Virus record (IMG/VR): IMGVR_UViG_3300049846_001037
Coordinates: 1-64,000 of that record
Length of the DNA stretch: 64,000 nt
Strand: one strand, 5' to 3'
Shown here: one piece after another, positions 39,607 through 49,037 of the stretch
Position numbering within the stretch: position 1 is the stretch's first letter
Layout: every line of letters starts with the position of its first letter
Program-made: the position numbers and the translations under genes
The notes under the pieces: model-generated
The model's database searches: none
The model's input: the letters and a program-made list of their open reading frames with translations, nothing else
Told to the model about the DNA's origin: nothing

Positions 39607-42600
39607 TTAGAGACCGAAGTCTCCTGGAATGTATTGCGAAGTATTAGGCGTCTCTTGTGCCTGCTTTTGTGCAGCAGCTATCTGTTTAGCAAAAGTAGTC
39701 TGAACCTGAGTCTTGGTCAGGTTAGACTTGTCAGCCACATTACCCTTTGCTTTAATTGCCTTTTCTTGAGCCTTCTTTAGATTCTGCTCGTCTGTGCTTG
39801 CTTGTATTATATTAAATTGATTTACAGCCAAACGATTACTTTCTATGATCAAGGTCTTGCCATAGTCCAAGTAAGCAGGCAATTCTCTTCCGTCATTATC
39901 CGTATATTGCCTATAGTCGTAGTTTGTGTCCAAACTAGCTATCAATTGATTGAAGGCTAGACAGGCAGCGCCGATTTGCTTTTTGATGGCAGTCGTCTTA
40001 ACTGCCTGATCTGAAAGGAATCCGAATATGCCAGTTGGATTTTGTGTCTCTATGGTAGCTTTAGAGTCAGCCAAAAACTTGATGATGAACGCTTCTTTCT
40101 TGCCGATAGTAAAGAGATCCTTGCTGGTTATGCCATAGTTTTCGCAAAACAACTTAAAACTTGACCTGATAAAGCCTAATGCATATCCAAGATCTTCCTT
40201 ATTTATGTTCAGGTCTTTTGCGGACAGTGGAAAGTTGGTCTCGTTTACACCATTGATGAGGTCATAGTTTGCCTTATTGATCTCAGAAATAGTGTTACTA
40301 TTCAAGTCAACAATAAGTCCAATGAGTTCTGGGTTTACGTGAGACGTTATCTGATAGACGTTTCTTAGAATACGAGGGACATTAGATGGATCATTGCTGG
40401 TTGTTGCCTGAGACGTGTCATCTGTGAATCCAAAGGCTGTTCTAGATGCTTGTATTGTCGTTGAAGCATCAGCTCTGATAAATTCTCCCGTTGACGTGTC
40501 CCTTATGGGTTCGCCCGTCTCTGGGTCTCTCAAGACAATATCTTCTAGGGCTTGCTGATTAAGCGAGCTGGTTAGGACATAGTAGTGGGTGGCAACCTTT
40601 GATGTCTCAGCCCCTACAACTTGATTAGTCTTTTGATCAACAACAAACCTGTTGACTCCCAATGTAGCTGGGAATCCAGTGACGATCCTTCTGCCACCAA
40701 CGAGAGTTAGGGTTGTTTTGAATTCACCACCAGCAGAAATCTCGTGAGATATCTCTTTGATGTAGAAAACAATGTCCCTTGGCTTGATGTAGATAGAGCA
40801 TCCAAGTCTGAGTTCGGGTCTTCCAACAATGGTCAACGAAGCACTTAGGAGTTCCATGTTGTTCTTGGTCATGTAGGCCTTGCCGAAGTCTCTGCAGTCA
40901 GCAAAACTATGCAAGAACATCCTGTTGGATATCTCGTGTGCATGGAATCCATAGTCACGAATGAGGGTTAGATCTTGGTGGATGTTGTAGATCTGAGCCT
41001 TCTCAAGCGTAACGTTAGCTGCCTCAGCATAGTCTCCAGTAACACCAATGCGGGTTATGATGCCCTCGGCCGAGTCATTGATATTGAGAGAAACCAAGTC
41101 AATATCTTCAACAATGTAGTTTGTGTCGTTGAGAGGAATTCCAATGTTGTAAAGTGGTGGCTTTAGAACAAAGTGACCATTGGTGTCCATGTAGAACTCG
41201 TACATGAGGCTTTCTGCCACCATGCGAGCAAGATCAGCTTTGGCAACATAGTCTCCATCCATAGAGGCCTCAGGGGCTCTGATGTCCCACTTGAATGGGT
41301 AAACCATGTTGAGGAAGTTTTCTTGATCAAGAACCTCAAGGATGTTCTGGGAGAATATCTGCTTCCAGTGATCCATGATGCCAGTTCTCTTTAGAATTTC
41401 TTCCCTACCAGCCTTGGTAAGCTTTGCGATGGTATTCTGGGCCTCGATTTTGTTTGTTGAGACAGCCTCTTTACTGGCTTTGAAGTCTGGCAATTCTTCT
41501 ATCTTTTCCCTTACACTACTGATGTCTCTTTGAAGTTGTTCCTTCTGGCTTAGTACTGGTTGTAGGGCAATGTCTCTTCTTTTCTCAGCAACAACTCTAT
41601 CTTCGGCGGTTGAATTAGCTATGATAGTTGCATAGTTGTCTCTAATTGACTCTTCCTGTGTCTGAACAGTCTTCAATTTGGACTGCAAAGAGGCATGATC
41701 AGCGCCGAGCTTTTTCCACCTATCGCTTGGAGCAGGTTGACCGTCAAAAACGACTGCATTATAGAGGTTGGCTTCTTGAACATCCAGATTAGTCAATTGC
41801 TTGACTGGGGACGGAAATGTGTTGTAAATAACATTGCCGTTCTCATCTGTGCATGGATCGCCGTATTCATTTAGCACAGGCTTGCTTAGATAGGAGCTGA
41901 GAGCTAATTGGCTTTGGGTTGTTCCAATGACACCGAGGTTGAAGTCAGAGACAGTCAAAAGGTCGTCGGTGCTATATCTGATCAAGTCCTTAAAGATGTC
42001 CAAGGCATGACTCTGTGCATATCTGTTGGCTGTCGCAGACAACTCCACGTTGTTGGCTACTGTCTCAAATCCACCAGGAAAGATGTTGACCTTGGAAGCT
42101 TCCATCCAATAACCATTGGTCTTACCAGATAAGTTGATGGAGAGCGATGATCCAGGTGAGATGTTCTGGGAAACATTGAGGATGACTCCCAAAAATATTC
42201 TTTGATAGAAGGAGTCTAGCACTGGAATCTTGATTGGTTGCTTTAGAATGGATTCCCAGCGAGCTGCGCCCTCTGGAGTTGTCGTGTCGGGATTATCAAA
42301 ATCCTCTTTTTTTAGAGATATCTTGCTCGTGACAGATATGGGTGTAATGTAGTCGATGACTGTTTTGATACCAGGGTCATCTGCATTGTCTGGTATAAAC
42401 CGACATTCACTGAGTCCGTCAGAGACTATCTTTGATGGTATGACAACAAGCCCCTTGTTTCCCTTACTTGTGTCATAAAAAGCAAATGTAACACCAAAGT
42501 CTGATATAGAACTTCCGCCTCCGAATGGCTTGAGTGTTGATGAGAACTGCTGTGCAACACTAACCTTGTCAATCTTGTAGCCGCCCTGAGCTGAGTTTAT

Positions 42601-43044
42601 TCCAGTGTTTAAGGCAATCATGTCGGACTGAATCTTTACTTTCTCAGTCTCATTGGCTGTTGGAAAATAGGTATCAATGACCTCTCTTAAATTTTTGGTG
42701 CCCGCAGGTATGGCTACTGATCCATCAACTGCTGGGGCCTTCTCAGATGCCGTAGACGTTTTTGGTTGCAGAGACTTTACAAAGATCTCAACCGAGCTCA
42801 TCTTCTTGATAAAGCAATATCCGAATCTGTCAACATACCTGTCGTTAGTATTGTCAATGGTGATGTTGAAGCTTCCAGCAATGCTGTCAGTAGAATGGCT
42901 AGTCGTAGCAGAAATCACATCGTTGGTGATGTCCTGCTCGAACTTGCTCCCCCTATTGAGTATGATAATGGCGTCTGGCGCATCGTACGTGTAGTTAAAG
43001 TACTGCGGGATAGACGAGCCATTAAACTTACTTAGGTCTGCCAT
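39607..43044 (-). CDS. Baseplate hub protein (gp27/gpD-like), enlarged
   Basis: GSFNITI, IFLGVI, YEFYMDTNGHFVLKPPLYN and ASLTIVGRPELRLG...FYIKEISH...FKTTLTL hub motifs. Confidence 0.75.
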   Translation of the reverse strand: MADLSKFNGSSIPQYFNYTYDAPDAIIILNRGSKFEQDITNDVISATTSHSTDSIAGSFNITIDNTNDRYVDRFGYCFIKKMSSVEIFVKSLQPKTSTASEKAPAVDGSVAIPAGTKNLREVIDTYFPTANETEKVKIQSDMIALNTGINSAQGGYKIDKVSVAQQFSSTLKPFGGGSSISDFGVTFAFYDTSKGNKGLVVIPSKIVSDGLSECRFIPDNADDPGIKTVIDYITPISVTSKISLKKEDFDNPDTTTPEGAARWESILKQPIKIPVLDSFYQRIFLGVILNVSQNISPGSSLSINLSGKTNGYWMEASKVNIFPGGFETVANNVELSATANRYAQSHALDIFKDLIRYSTDDLLTVSDFNLGVIGTTQSQLALSSYLSKPVLNEYGDPCTDENGNVIYNTFPSPVKQLTNLDVQEANLYNAVVFDGQPAPSDRWKKLGADHASLQSKLKTVQTQEESIRDNYATIIANSTAEDRVVAEKRRDIALQPVLSQKEQLQRDISSVREKIEELPDFKASKEAVSTNKIEAQNTIAKLTKAGREEILKRTGIMDHWKQIFSQNILEVLDQENFLNMVYPFKWDIRAPEASMDGDYVAKADLARMVAESLMYEFYMDTNGHFVLKPPLYNIGIPLNDTNYIVEDIDLVSLNINDSAEGIITRIGVTGDYAEAANVTLEKAQIYNIHQDLTLIRDYGFHAHEISNRMFLHSFADCRDFGKAYMTKNNMELLSASLTIVGRPELRLGCSIYIKPRDIVFYIKEISHEISAGGEFKTTLTLVGGRRIVTGFPATLGVNRFVVDQKTNQVVGAETSKVATHYYVLTSSLNQQALEDIVLRDPETGEPIRDTSTGEFIRADASTTIQASRTAFGFTDDTSQATTSNDPSNVPRILRNVYQITSHVNPELIGLIVDLNSNTISEINKANYDLINGVNETNFPLSAKDLNINKEDLGYALGFIRSSFKLFCENYGITSKDLFTIGKKEAFIIKFLADSKATIETQNPTGIFGFLSDQAVKTTAIKKQIGAACLAFNQLIASLDTNYDYRQYTDNDGRELPAYLDYGKTLIIESNRLAVNQFNIIQASTDEQNLKKAQEKAIKAKGNVADKSNLTKTQVQTTFAKQIAAAQKQAQETPNTSQYIPGDFGL

Positions 43045-43052
43045 ACTTCTCC

Positions 43053-43874
43053 TTAGAAGAGTCTTCTGCTCAGTGCTGTGCCAGCATTCAAGATGCTTGC
43101 GTCAAGGCCAGCCTCTCTGGTGATGCCAGGGATGTCATCTAACTGTATGTTGTTTAAGAATCGGAAGCTAAAGCTATACTTTATGGTATGAGGCGTGTCT
43201 TCGGATTCTGTGTACTCCAGATTCTCGAAGTAGCCCTCATATTGATTCTTGTCAAAGATGCAGACTGCGATGGGAGCAAACGAGGCTTGTAGACTGATCC
43301 TGCTTGCTGTTGAGGGATTAGAAAGGTAGGCAACTCCATTCGTTCTGTAGATATTGATCAATTTCCTGAACCCTCTCCATGCCGCTGAATCCTTCAAGTC
43401 CCTGTTATACCTCTCCAACATATTGCCGATGACGCCATCTGCACGTAAAGTTCCCATATCTGGATACCAATATTGCACTCTCCAGCCGCCCAATGTTCTG
43501 ATTGGAACAACGGTCTTCGGTGGTTCTGTAATAGATAGATTGCTTGGGTTGACAAACATCTTAAAGAAGTAGCCGTCCTTGAAGTTGTCAACGGAACCAG
43601 CAGGTGGTTTAAGAAGCTGTCCATCCCTGTTCTTCAACATGAAAGACACTGGCTTCTTGTATGGGAATGAAGACTGCTGTTGAACAATGTCAGCAAGTCC
43701 AGGAATGCCCGTTTGCCCAGCTAGCTTCTGAACTTCCGTAATGATGGGGTTGCTGCCTATCTGTCCTGCAGCAGCACCAGCACGACTAGACAATACTGGT
43801 GGCAGATTATCTGCAACCTCGCCTAGAAGTTCGGGTCCACCGTTTAGTAAGTTGATCGGATTAATGCTGGCCAT
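43053..43874 (-). CDS. Tail tube initiator/baseplate protein (gp48/gp54-like)
   Basis: MFVNPSNLSI...RTLGGW..QYW...YEGYFENLEYTESEDTP..IKYSFSF; lies between tape measure and hub. Confidence 0.65.
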   Translation of the reverse strand: MASINPINLLNGGPELLGEVADNLPPVLSSRAGAAAGQIGSNPIITEVQKLAGQTGIPGLADIVQQQSSFPYKKPVSFMLKNRDGQLLKPPAGSVDNFKDGYFFKMFVNPSNLSITEPPKTVVPIRTLGGWRVQYWYPDMGTLRADGVIGNMLERYNRDLKDSAAWRGFRKLINIYRTNGVAYLSNPSTASRISLQASFAPIAVCIFDKNQYEGYFENLEYTESEDTPHTIKYSFSFRFLNNIQLDDIPGITREAGLDASILNAGTALSRRLF

Positions 43875-43891
43875 TGGATTCTCTTATTCTA

Positions 43892-45853
43892 TCAAAAGTT
43901 ACCCTTTTGCTGTTTGTGTAACAAATCAAGGGTTTGTTGTTCCATTTGCATAAACTTCTTGTGTAAAGACTTCTCATCAATCATAACATTAAATGACAGG
44001 TTGACTCCGCCACCGGCTCCACCAGCTCTCATTCTGTCCTTAAAGGGTTGGGCTTTTGCCATTGGAACAACCTGATTGCCAGCGTGGACCATCATCAAAC
44101 CACTGCGGGTAACATCAGAACCAATAGCGCTATGACGTATTCCGCTAGTTTTTTCTTGTGGCTGATCAACCTTGTCGAATGCATCGCCCATCTTTTTGGC
44201 AGCTTCCTTTTCCTTGTCTGTGCCTTTCCATCGAGCCAGAAGCTTCCATATAAAAAGTATGGGTTTGGCAATCATGCCGACCAAGATTTCCTTGAGCATG
44301 TCAAACATTCCCTTAGTTGACATATTGTTGTCGATGGCGGCTTTGTGTATCTTTTCCAAGTCACTCTTTGCCGCACCTTCATCCATGCCACCAGACATGA
44401 GTCTTTGGAAGACCTGCGTGGTTTGCGTGTCCATGCCGACCTGCTGACCCATCTTTTCAATCATCAACTGCTTGGTCATTGGATCAGAGATGCCACCAGT
44501 TGTAGCGTTCAACATTCCTCTGAATGATTGAATTGTCTTGCCAGCATCAAACTTACCAGCGCCAGGCAAAGCAAAGTCAGAACCTCTTTGCTGCATCTGG
44601 AACAACGTCTGAGCATAACCACCGGACATTCCCGACAACTTGCCCATGAAGACCTGCCAGCCCTCTGAGGCTTTGGTGATGCCCAAGATACCAGAAGCAA
44701 TCCTATTGATGTCGGCTGCATTGGCAGCAAACTTCAAACTCTTTAGAGCGCCAGTCATTCCATTGACAACTCTAACAACGCTGTCAGCAGACATACCAAC
44801 GTCTTTGAATGCTTCGCCAAGAGAAAAGACCGTACTAACCAACTCAGACATCTTGCCAAAGCCAGCGTCAGCAGCCTTTGAAGCTACTGTAAAGATCTTG
44901 TTATAGGTATCGGTTAGTTGTTTAGCATTCCTCGAATCTTTGCCAAACGTCCTGACGATCTGAGCATATTGTTCTGCAACTTGGGCAGTGCTCTGATTGG
45001 TGGCCTTAGCAAATGACATTACATCAAGAGCAAGGTTATTAAGTGCGTCCCCTGTCTGCGGAATTACTCCAAGAGCCTCAAGACCAGTTGATTTCAGTTC
45101 TCCATAGATCTGACCAGCTTCCTTAACGGTTAAACCATATCTAGTCATCAACTCTATCTGATTACTAAATAGATTCTGAGACTCTTTCCTTGTGTTCTCA
45201 AATGAATCGGCAAACTTTCCACTCTCAGCAGAAGCCTTGTGCAGCTCACCACCCATCATCCTTACGCCGTCGATGATGTCAGCAATAAAACCTATGATAA
45301 TACCCCAAGGACCAAGCGCCTGAAGCATTTGCTTTGGGTCTTGAGCAATACCTATGCCTCCGGCTCCTGTTTTTGCAGTACCCTGAGCGACAGAGGTTGC
45401 GGTTGTGTGCCCACTTTCGGTTTGGAAGGCTCGCTTTGCACTGAGCTTAAGATCAGAAAGATAAGCCCTTAACATCTGACCTTTCTTTCTCATGATGTCT
45501 AGTTCTTGATCTTGAATCTTTCTAGCCTTTTCATTTTGAAGATTGATGTTGTTTAGGATTGATTCCTGCTTCTCTAACTCAACATCCATATTAACGAGAG
45601 TCTTTAACCTCTGAGCCTCAATGGAAGCCAAAGCCTTGTTGGTCTCAGCAATCTTCTTCAGAGCAGCGTATTCTGTTGCATACGTCTTCATCACCTGCTG
45701 TCTTAGACCCAAAACAGCATTTGCTTCTGATTTAGTGTTTTTTGTAGCCAAGTAAACTAGCTGAGCTTTCTTAGAAAGATCTACAGAAATCTTAAGCGCC
45801 TTTTGATAGGCGTCAGCTAGCTCTTTGGCTTGAGCTGGTGTTAAGTCGGCCAT
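43892..45853 (-). CDS. Tape measure protein
   Basis: 653 aa, Ala/Lys/Gly-rich helical, hydrophobic patches, C-terminal HSAIG..V..SGL.MVHAG..VVP; position after the chaperone. Confidence 0.8.
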   Translation of the reverse strand: MADLTPAQAKELADAYQKALKISVDLSKKAQLVYLATKNTKSEANAVLGLRQQVMKTYATEYAALKKIAETNKALASIEAQRLKTLVNMDVELEKQESILNNINLQNEKARKIQDQELDIMRKKGQMLRAYLSDLKLSAKRAFQTESGHTTATSVAQGTAKTGAGGIGIAQDPKQMLQALGPWGIIIGFIADIIDGVRMMGGELHKASAESGKFADSFENTRKESQNLFSNQIELMTRYGLTVKEAGQIYGELKSTGLEALGVIPQTGDALNNLALDVMSFAKATNQSTAQVAEQYAQIVRTFGKDSRNAKQLTDTYNKIFTVASKAADAGFGKMSELVSTVFSLGEAFKDVGMSADSVVRVVNGMTGALKSLKFAANAADINRIASGILGITKASEGWQVFMGKLSGMSGGYAQTLFQMQQRGSDFALPGAGKFDAGKTIQSFRGMLNATTGGISDPMTKQLMIEKMGQQVGMDTQTTQVFQRLMSGGMDEGAAKSDLEKIHKAAIDNNMSTKGMFDMLKEILVGMIAKPILFIWKLLARWKGTDKEKEAAKKMGDAFDKVDQPQEKTSGIRHSAIGSDVTRSGLMMVHAGNQVVPMAKAQPFKDRMRAGGAGGGVNLSFNVMIDEKSLHKKFMQMEQQTLDLLHKQQKGNF

Positions 45854-45871
45854 GTTGGTCTCTTTTGGTTA

Positions 45872-47152
45872 TTAGTTTTTGGTGCTAGGAGGGGTATTTT
45901 TTAGGCTCTGCACCAATTTGGTGAAGATGTTAAGGGGGTGGTGGTTCTTGCTTGCATAAAGGTTGGCAAGTTCAAGAATTTGTTTCTTGTACTGATTTGC
46001 TACCTGTGGATTCTGCAGAGCTTCCATAGGAATTTTCTTCCACTCAAAATCTCTTTCTAAAGATTCCTTTTGAGCTGTCTCGACCTTCTTCAAAATAACA
46101 TCGACCTTTCTTGCTGTAGGGATGTTTTGCTTTTGAAGCTCTTCTCTCAACCTGATCAATTGAGGATAGTAGTTTATGGCAGTATCCAAATCAGCAAATG
46201 CTTCATTTGGAATTCCAAGTTTTTGAACTATTTCTTTCTGTGTGTTCCTTTGTTTTTGTAGAGATTCCTTTTGTTTTTGTTTATCTTCGGGACTCTCAAC
46301 TCCAAAGAATTTTTTATCTTCAGCAGACATCCATTCAAGATCGTCTTCCTTCTCTTCTTCAAAAGCATCAAAAATGGCTTTTGGAACAGCCAGATCTGTT
46401 TTGGATAGACCTGTTGCACTCTTTGGATTCTTACCAACAAGAAAGATTGTGTCATCCTTGGCTGTGTCAAAAACAATGTATTTGCCATTGATGGGCTTTA
46501 TTTGTTCAAGTTGTTCAACTATCTTTGCATGAAGTTTTGGATTTGCTTTCTTTAGGTCTTCAAGTCTTTCTTGGTTAATGGTGACGAGCTCTTTTTTCTG
46601 AAAAGCGGTCTTTGTAAAAGAGGTGAGTTTTCCAAATCGATATCCCTGCTGTTGAGATACGAGTTCAGGCACAGCCTCCTCAATACTTGAGCCGGTTCTT
46701 CTCTTGTACTCAAGATTCATGGCTCTATATTCGGCTGGATACTCAACTCTGATCTTCTCGTAGATTTGCTTAACAGGAACGTTTACGGTGCAATAGTCGA
46801 GAAGTTCTTCTATTACAACTCCAATGGTTGCGTTGTTCTTTTCTCCAATATCCTCCGCCATTTGTTTGACAGCCCTTTGGACGGAGGCAATGAGGTCTTC
46901 GCTTGGAGAAAAAGTGTCGCCAGCAAACTCTGTCTCAAGTGTTCCGCTGAACGAAACAGTTGTTTTGTTGATTCGAACTACCACACCAACACTGATCGTA
47001 TTCTTTATTACTACAGGAGGCTCATAGGCAAGCAGGAGATTTCCATCCCAAGCAAGACCATAATCTTGTAGGTTTTGAGCCAATGGAATACCGCCAGGAT
47101 GCTCTATCTTGACAGCCTGACGAAAACTCATGATTTTAAATGGTTTTTCCAA
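45872..47152 (-). CDS. Hypothetical charged protein with IMSFRQA leader-like motif (candidate internal virion protein)
   Basis: Long ORF. Start uncertain: TTG 47173, TTG 47152 (behind GAGGT) or ATG 47131. Confidence 0.55.
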   Translation of the reverse strand: MEKPFKIMSFRQAVKIEHPGGIPLAQNLQDYGLAWDGNLLLAYEPPVVIKNTISVGVVVRINKTTVSFSGTLETEFAGDTFSPSEDLIASVQRAVKQMAEDIGEKNNATIGVVIEELLDYCTVNVPVKQIYEKIRVEYPAEYRAMNLEYKRRTGSSIEEAVPELVSQQQGYRFGKLTSFTKTAFQKKELVTINQERLEDLKKANPKLHAKIVEQLEQIKPINGKYIVFDTAKDDTIFLVGKNPKSATGLSKTDLAVPKAIFDAFEEEKEDDLEWMSAEDKKFFGVESPEDKQKQKESLQKQRNTQKEIVQKLGIPNEAFADLDTAINYYPQLIRLREELQKQNIPTARKVDVILKKVETAQKESLERDFEWKKIPMEALQNPQVANQYKKQILELANLYASKNHHPLNIFTKLVQSLKNTPPSTKN

Positions 47153-47166
47153 AGTATCACTACCTC

Positions 47167-47195
47167 TTGACAAGTATTGGTTTGGGTGTTATAGT
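47167..47195 (+). promoter_or_regulatory. Host sigma70-type promoter
   Basis: TTGACA (47167-72), 17-nt spacer, TATAGT (47190-95) with extended -10 TG, 35 nt upstream of the ATG at 47230. Confidence 0.8.
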
Positions 47196-47229
47196 TGTCT
47201 CATAAATCGAAACTTTCTTGGAGGCCGCC

Positions 47230-47547
47230 ATGAAGTTCTGGGAAAAGTGGTATTGGGCAACCTACATCCGAGGCGAGAACCCCATACTTTCTTTTATCGG
47301 GGGACTCATCAAGGGGTTTTGGATCCCCATCGTCGTCTCGGCCATCTTCTGCCTGCTCACGGACCCTCAGTTCAAGAGCCATAGCCTGAACCAGTTCGAT
47401 GTGGGAGCCTACGTGGCTTACTACTGCTACTTCTGGAAGGTGGTGTTCTACGCCATCTACAAGCATACCGTTGGATATCTGGTGTATGCGTGGCAGCACT
47501 GGGATGAGGTTGTGAACTTCGTCAGGCGAGTGCTCTGGCTCGATTAG
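47230..47547 (+). CDS. Small membrane protein on the opposite strand (moron-like)
   Basis: GGAGG RBS then ATG AAG TTC TGG; 105 aa, aromatic-rich, about 2 TM segments, G/C-ending codons; fills a gap in the minus-strand tiling. Confidence 0.75.
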   Translation: MKFWEKWYWATYIRGENPILSFIGGLIKGFWIPIVVSAIFCLLTDPQFKSHSLNQFDVGAYVAYYCYFWKVVFYAIYKHTVGYLVYAWQHWDEVVNFVRRVLWLD

Positions 47548-48415
47548 AACTCGATGGTGTCGAACTCAACAGGCCCGTCAGTGGGATCTTGAATGCCCCC
47601 ATTGACGGGCTTTTCCATTGCACGTTGTATGTACTCTAGGTCATCAACTTTAGGCGTGTACATCTCAACCGCCTTGGCATCTTCTGGTCTTTCGTTGAAC
47701 AAGGCCTTCAAGTCGGCAAGAGCCTGATCTCCACCCTCTGCAGCAATAGCATCAAAGAATGTCGTGTTCCTATGGTCGTCGTGGAACAACTTGAGGTCGT
47801 CAGTATTGACCTGCTCACCATTGCGGATCTTCTCAAGGTTGGACATCTTATGACGTTGCTCGATAGCCTTGATGGTTTCCTTTGGATGTGGTGAGACCAA
47901 AGTAGCCAAATACTCAATATAACCCATCATGAGCTCATGTTGATCATTCTGACGATTTACATTGTGCCTCGTCAAGATGTTCCACTGCTCATTGGTTAGA
48001 TTGAGATACTTGTCTTCGTTGGGGACTCCGCCTAACTCGAAAACGACATCGAGTTTACTTGTAATAGCGAAGTCCTTTTTTAGTTTTTTAGTTCTTGCTC
48101 CGTGACATCGCCACCAATTGAAGCCTTAGTGAATATCTCGCTAATGTATTTCTGCTCAAGATTCAGCAAGAACTCTTTGGCGTCTTCCTTGCCCTCTGAC
48201 TTCTCACCATCAACTGAAACAATGATGGATGAAAGAATGTCAATGGTGCTTGTCAACATGGTCTTGATGTCAGCTTTTTCATCGCCAAGAGCCGACATAT
48301 CGACTTCTAGGCCCAAAGTATCACGAGTTGTAAGCTTACGGACAACGATCTTGTGTCCCCCTACCTCGATCTCCTTCTCTACGTCCTTCGAAAATACTAT
48401 TTTTGAGATTGCCAT
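47544..48415 (-). CDS. Tail assembly chaperone, frameshifted long form (gpGT-like)
   Basis: The -1 frame from the slippery site reads LKKDFAITSKLDVVFELGGVPNEDKYLNLTNEQWNILTRHNV... without a stop into ORF 47544-47975. Confidence 0.8.
48080..48415 (-). CDS. Tail assembly chaperone, short form (gpG-like)
   Basis: 111 aa from MAISKIVF (strong GGAGAGGAAGG RBS), ends ELKN*, directly after the tube gene. Confidence 0.8.
   Translation of the reverse strand: MAISKIVFSKDVEKEIEVGGHKIVVRKLTTRDTLGLEVDMSALGDEKADIKTMLTSTIDILSSIIVSVDGEKSEGKEDAKEFLLNLEQKYISEIFTKASIGGDVTEQELKN
48083..48089 (-). promoter_or_regulatory. -1 programmed frameshift slippery heptamer A AAA AAC
   Basis: CTA AAA AAC TAA at the end of gpG; X XXY YYZ pattern with an open -1 frame. 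Confidence 0.8.
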
Positions 48416-48458
48416 GTCCTTCCTCTCCTTGTGGTTATGGGGTTCCATTCATTATATT

Positions 48459-48499
48459 AAAACTGAAGGGCTCAGGCTCGATGGCCGTGAGCCCTTCAG
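48459..48499 (-). terminator. Intrinsic terminator after the tail tube gene
   Basis: 12-bp stem CTGAAGGGCTCA/TGAGCCCTTCAG followed by TTTT on the minus strand. Confidence 0.7.
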
Positions 48500-48522
48500 A
48501 GTAGTGCTATTTACTTGTGATA

Positions 48523-49017
48523 TTAAACATTGACTGCAACATCGTAGTCAAATGGCGAGTTCTGGCCATCATCAACGGATGTTACGTCAAAGGCTGCTGT
48601 TTCTGAAACTATGATTTCTCCAGTGATCGTCTTAGGATCAGAGTAGCTGGTCATGTAGCAACCACGATAGACAGTTGTTCTGATGTTGGTTCCGTCAGGA
48701 AGCAACAAGATCTCCTGAATATCAATGGGTACCCTCAACTGAGCCAACATTCTGAATGTATCAGCATAGCCGAAGAGATTGATCATCTTCTTCTTGAAAA
48801 GAGCCATCTTGGTTACATTCAACTTGTAGTCAGTCAATTGCCAGATACGGGAAATGATACGGTCGCCAATACCAATTCCTCTGACTGGGGTTGTTGCTCT
48901 GTCCTGAGATGGTTCTAGGGACTGAACAACACCGATGAGGCTTCCATTGACCAAAATCTGGGCCGCAGTGGAAACCGCAATTTGCTGTTGGTTTTGTAGT
49001 ACGTCTGTTAATGCCAT
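48523..49017 (-). CDS. Tail tube protein
   Basis: 164 aa right after the sheath; IGVVQSL.P.Q.R....VRGIG and YRGCYMTSYS pattern. Confidence 0.85.
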   Translation of the reverse strand: MALTDVLQNQQQIAVSTAAQILVNGSLIGVVQSLEPSQDRATTPVRGIGIGDRIISRIWQLTDYKLNVTKMALFKKKMINLFGYADTFRMLAQLRVPIDIQEILLLPDGTNIRTTVYRGCYMTSYSDPKTITGEIIVSETAAFDVTSVDDGQNSPFDYDVAVNV

Positions 49018-49037
49018 GTTAGCGTCTCCTGTTTAGA

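Noticed and set aside
47200-47499. 99-aa minus-strand ORF
   Set aside because: The plus-strand alternative has a promoter, GGAGG RBS and coherent membrane-protein composition.
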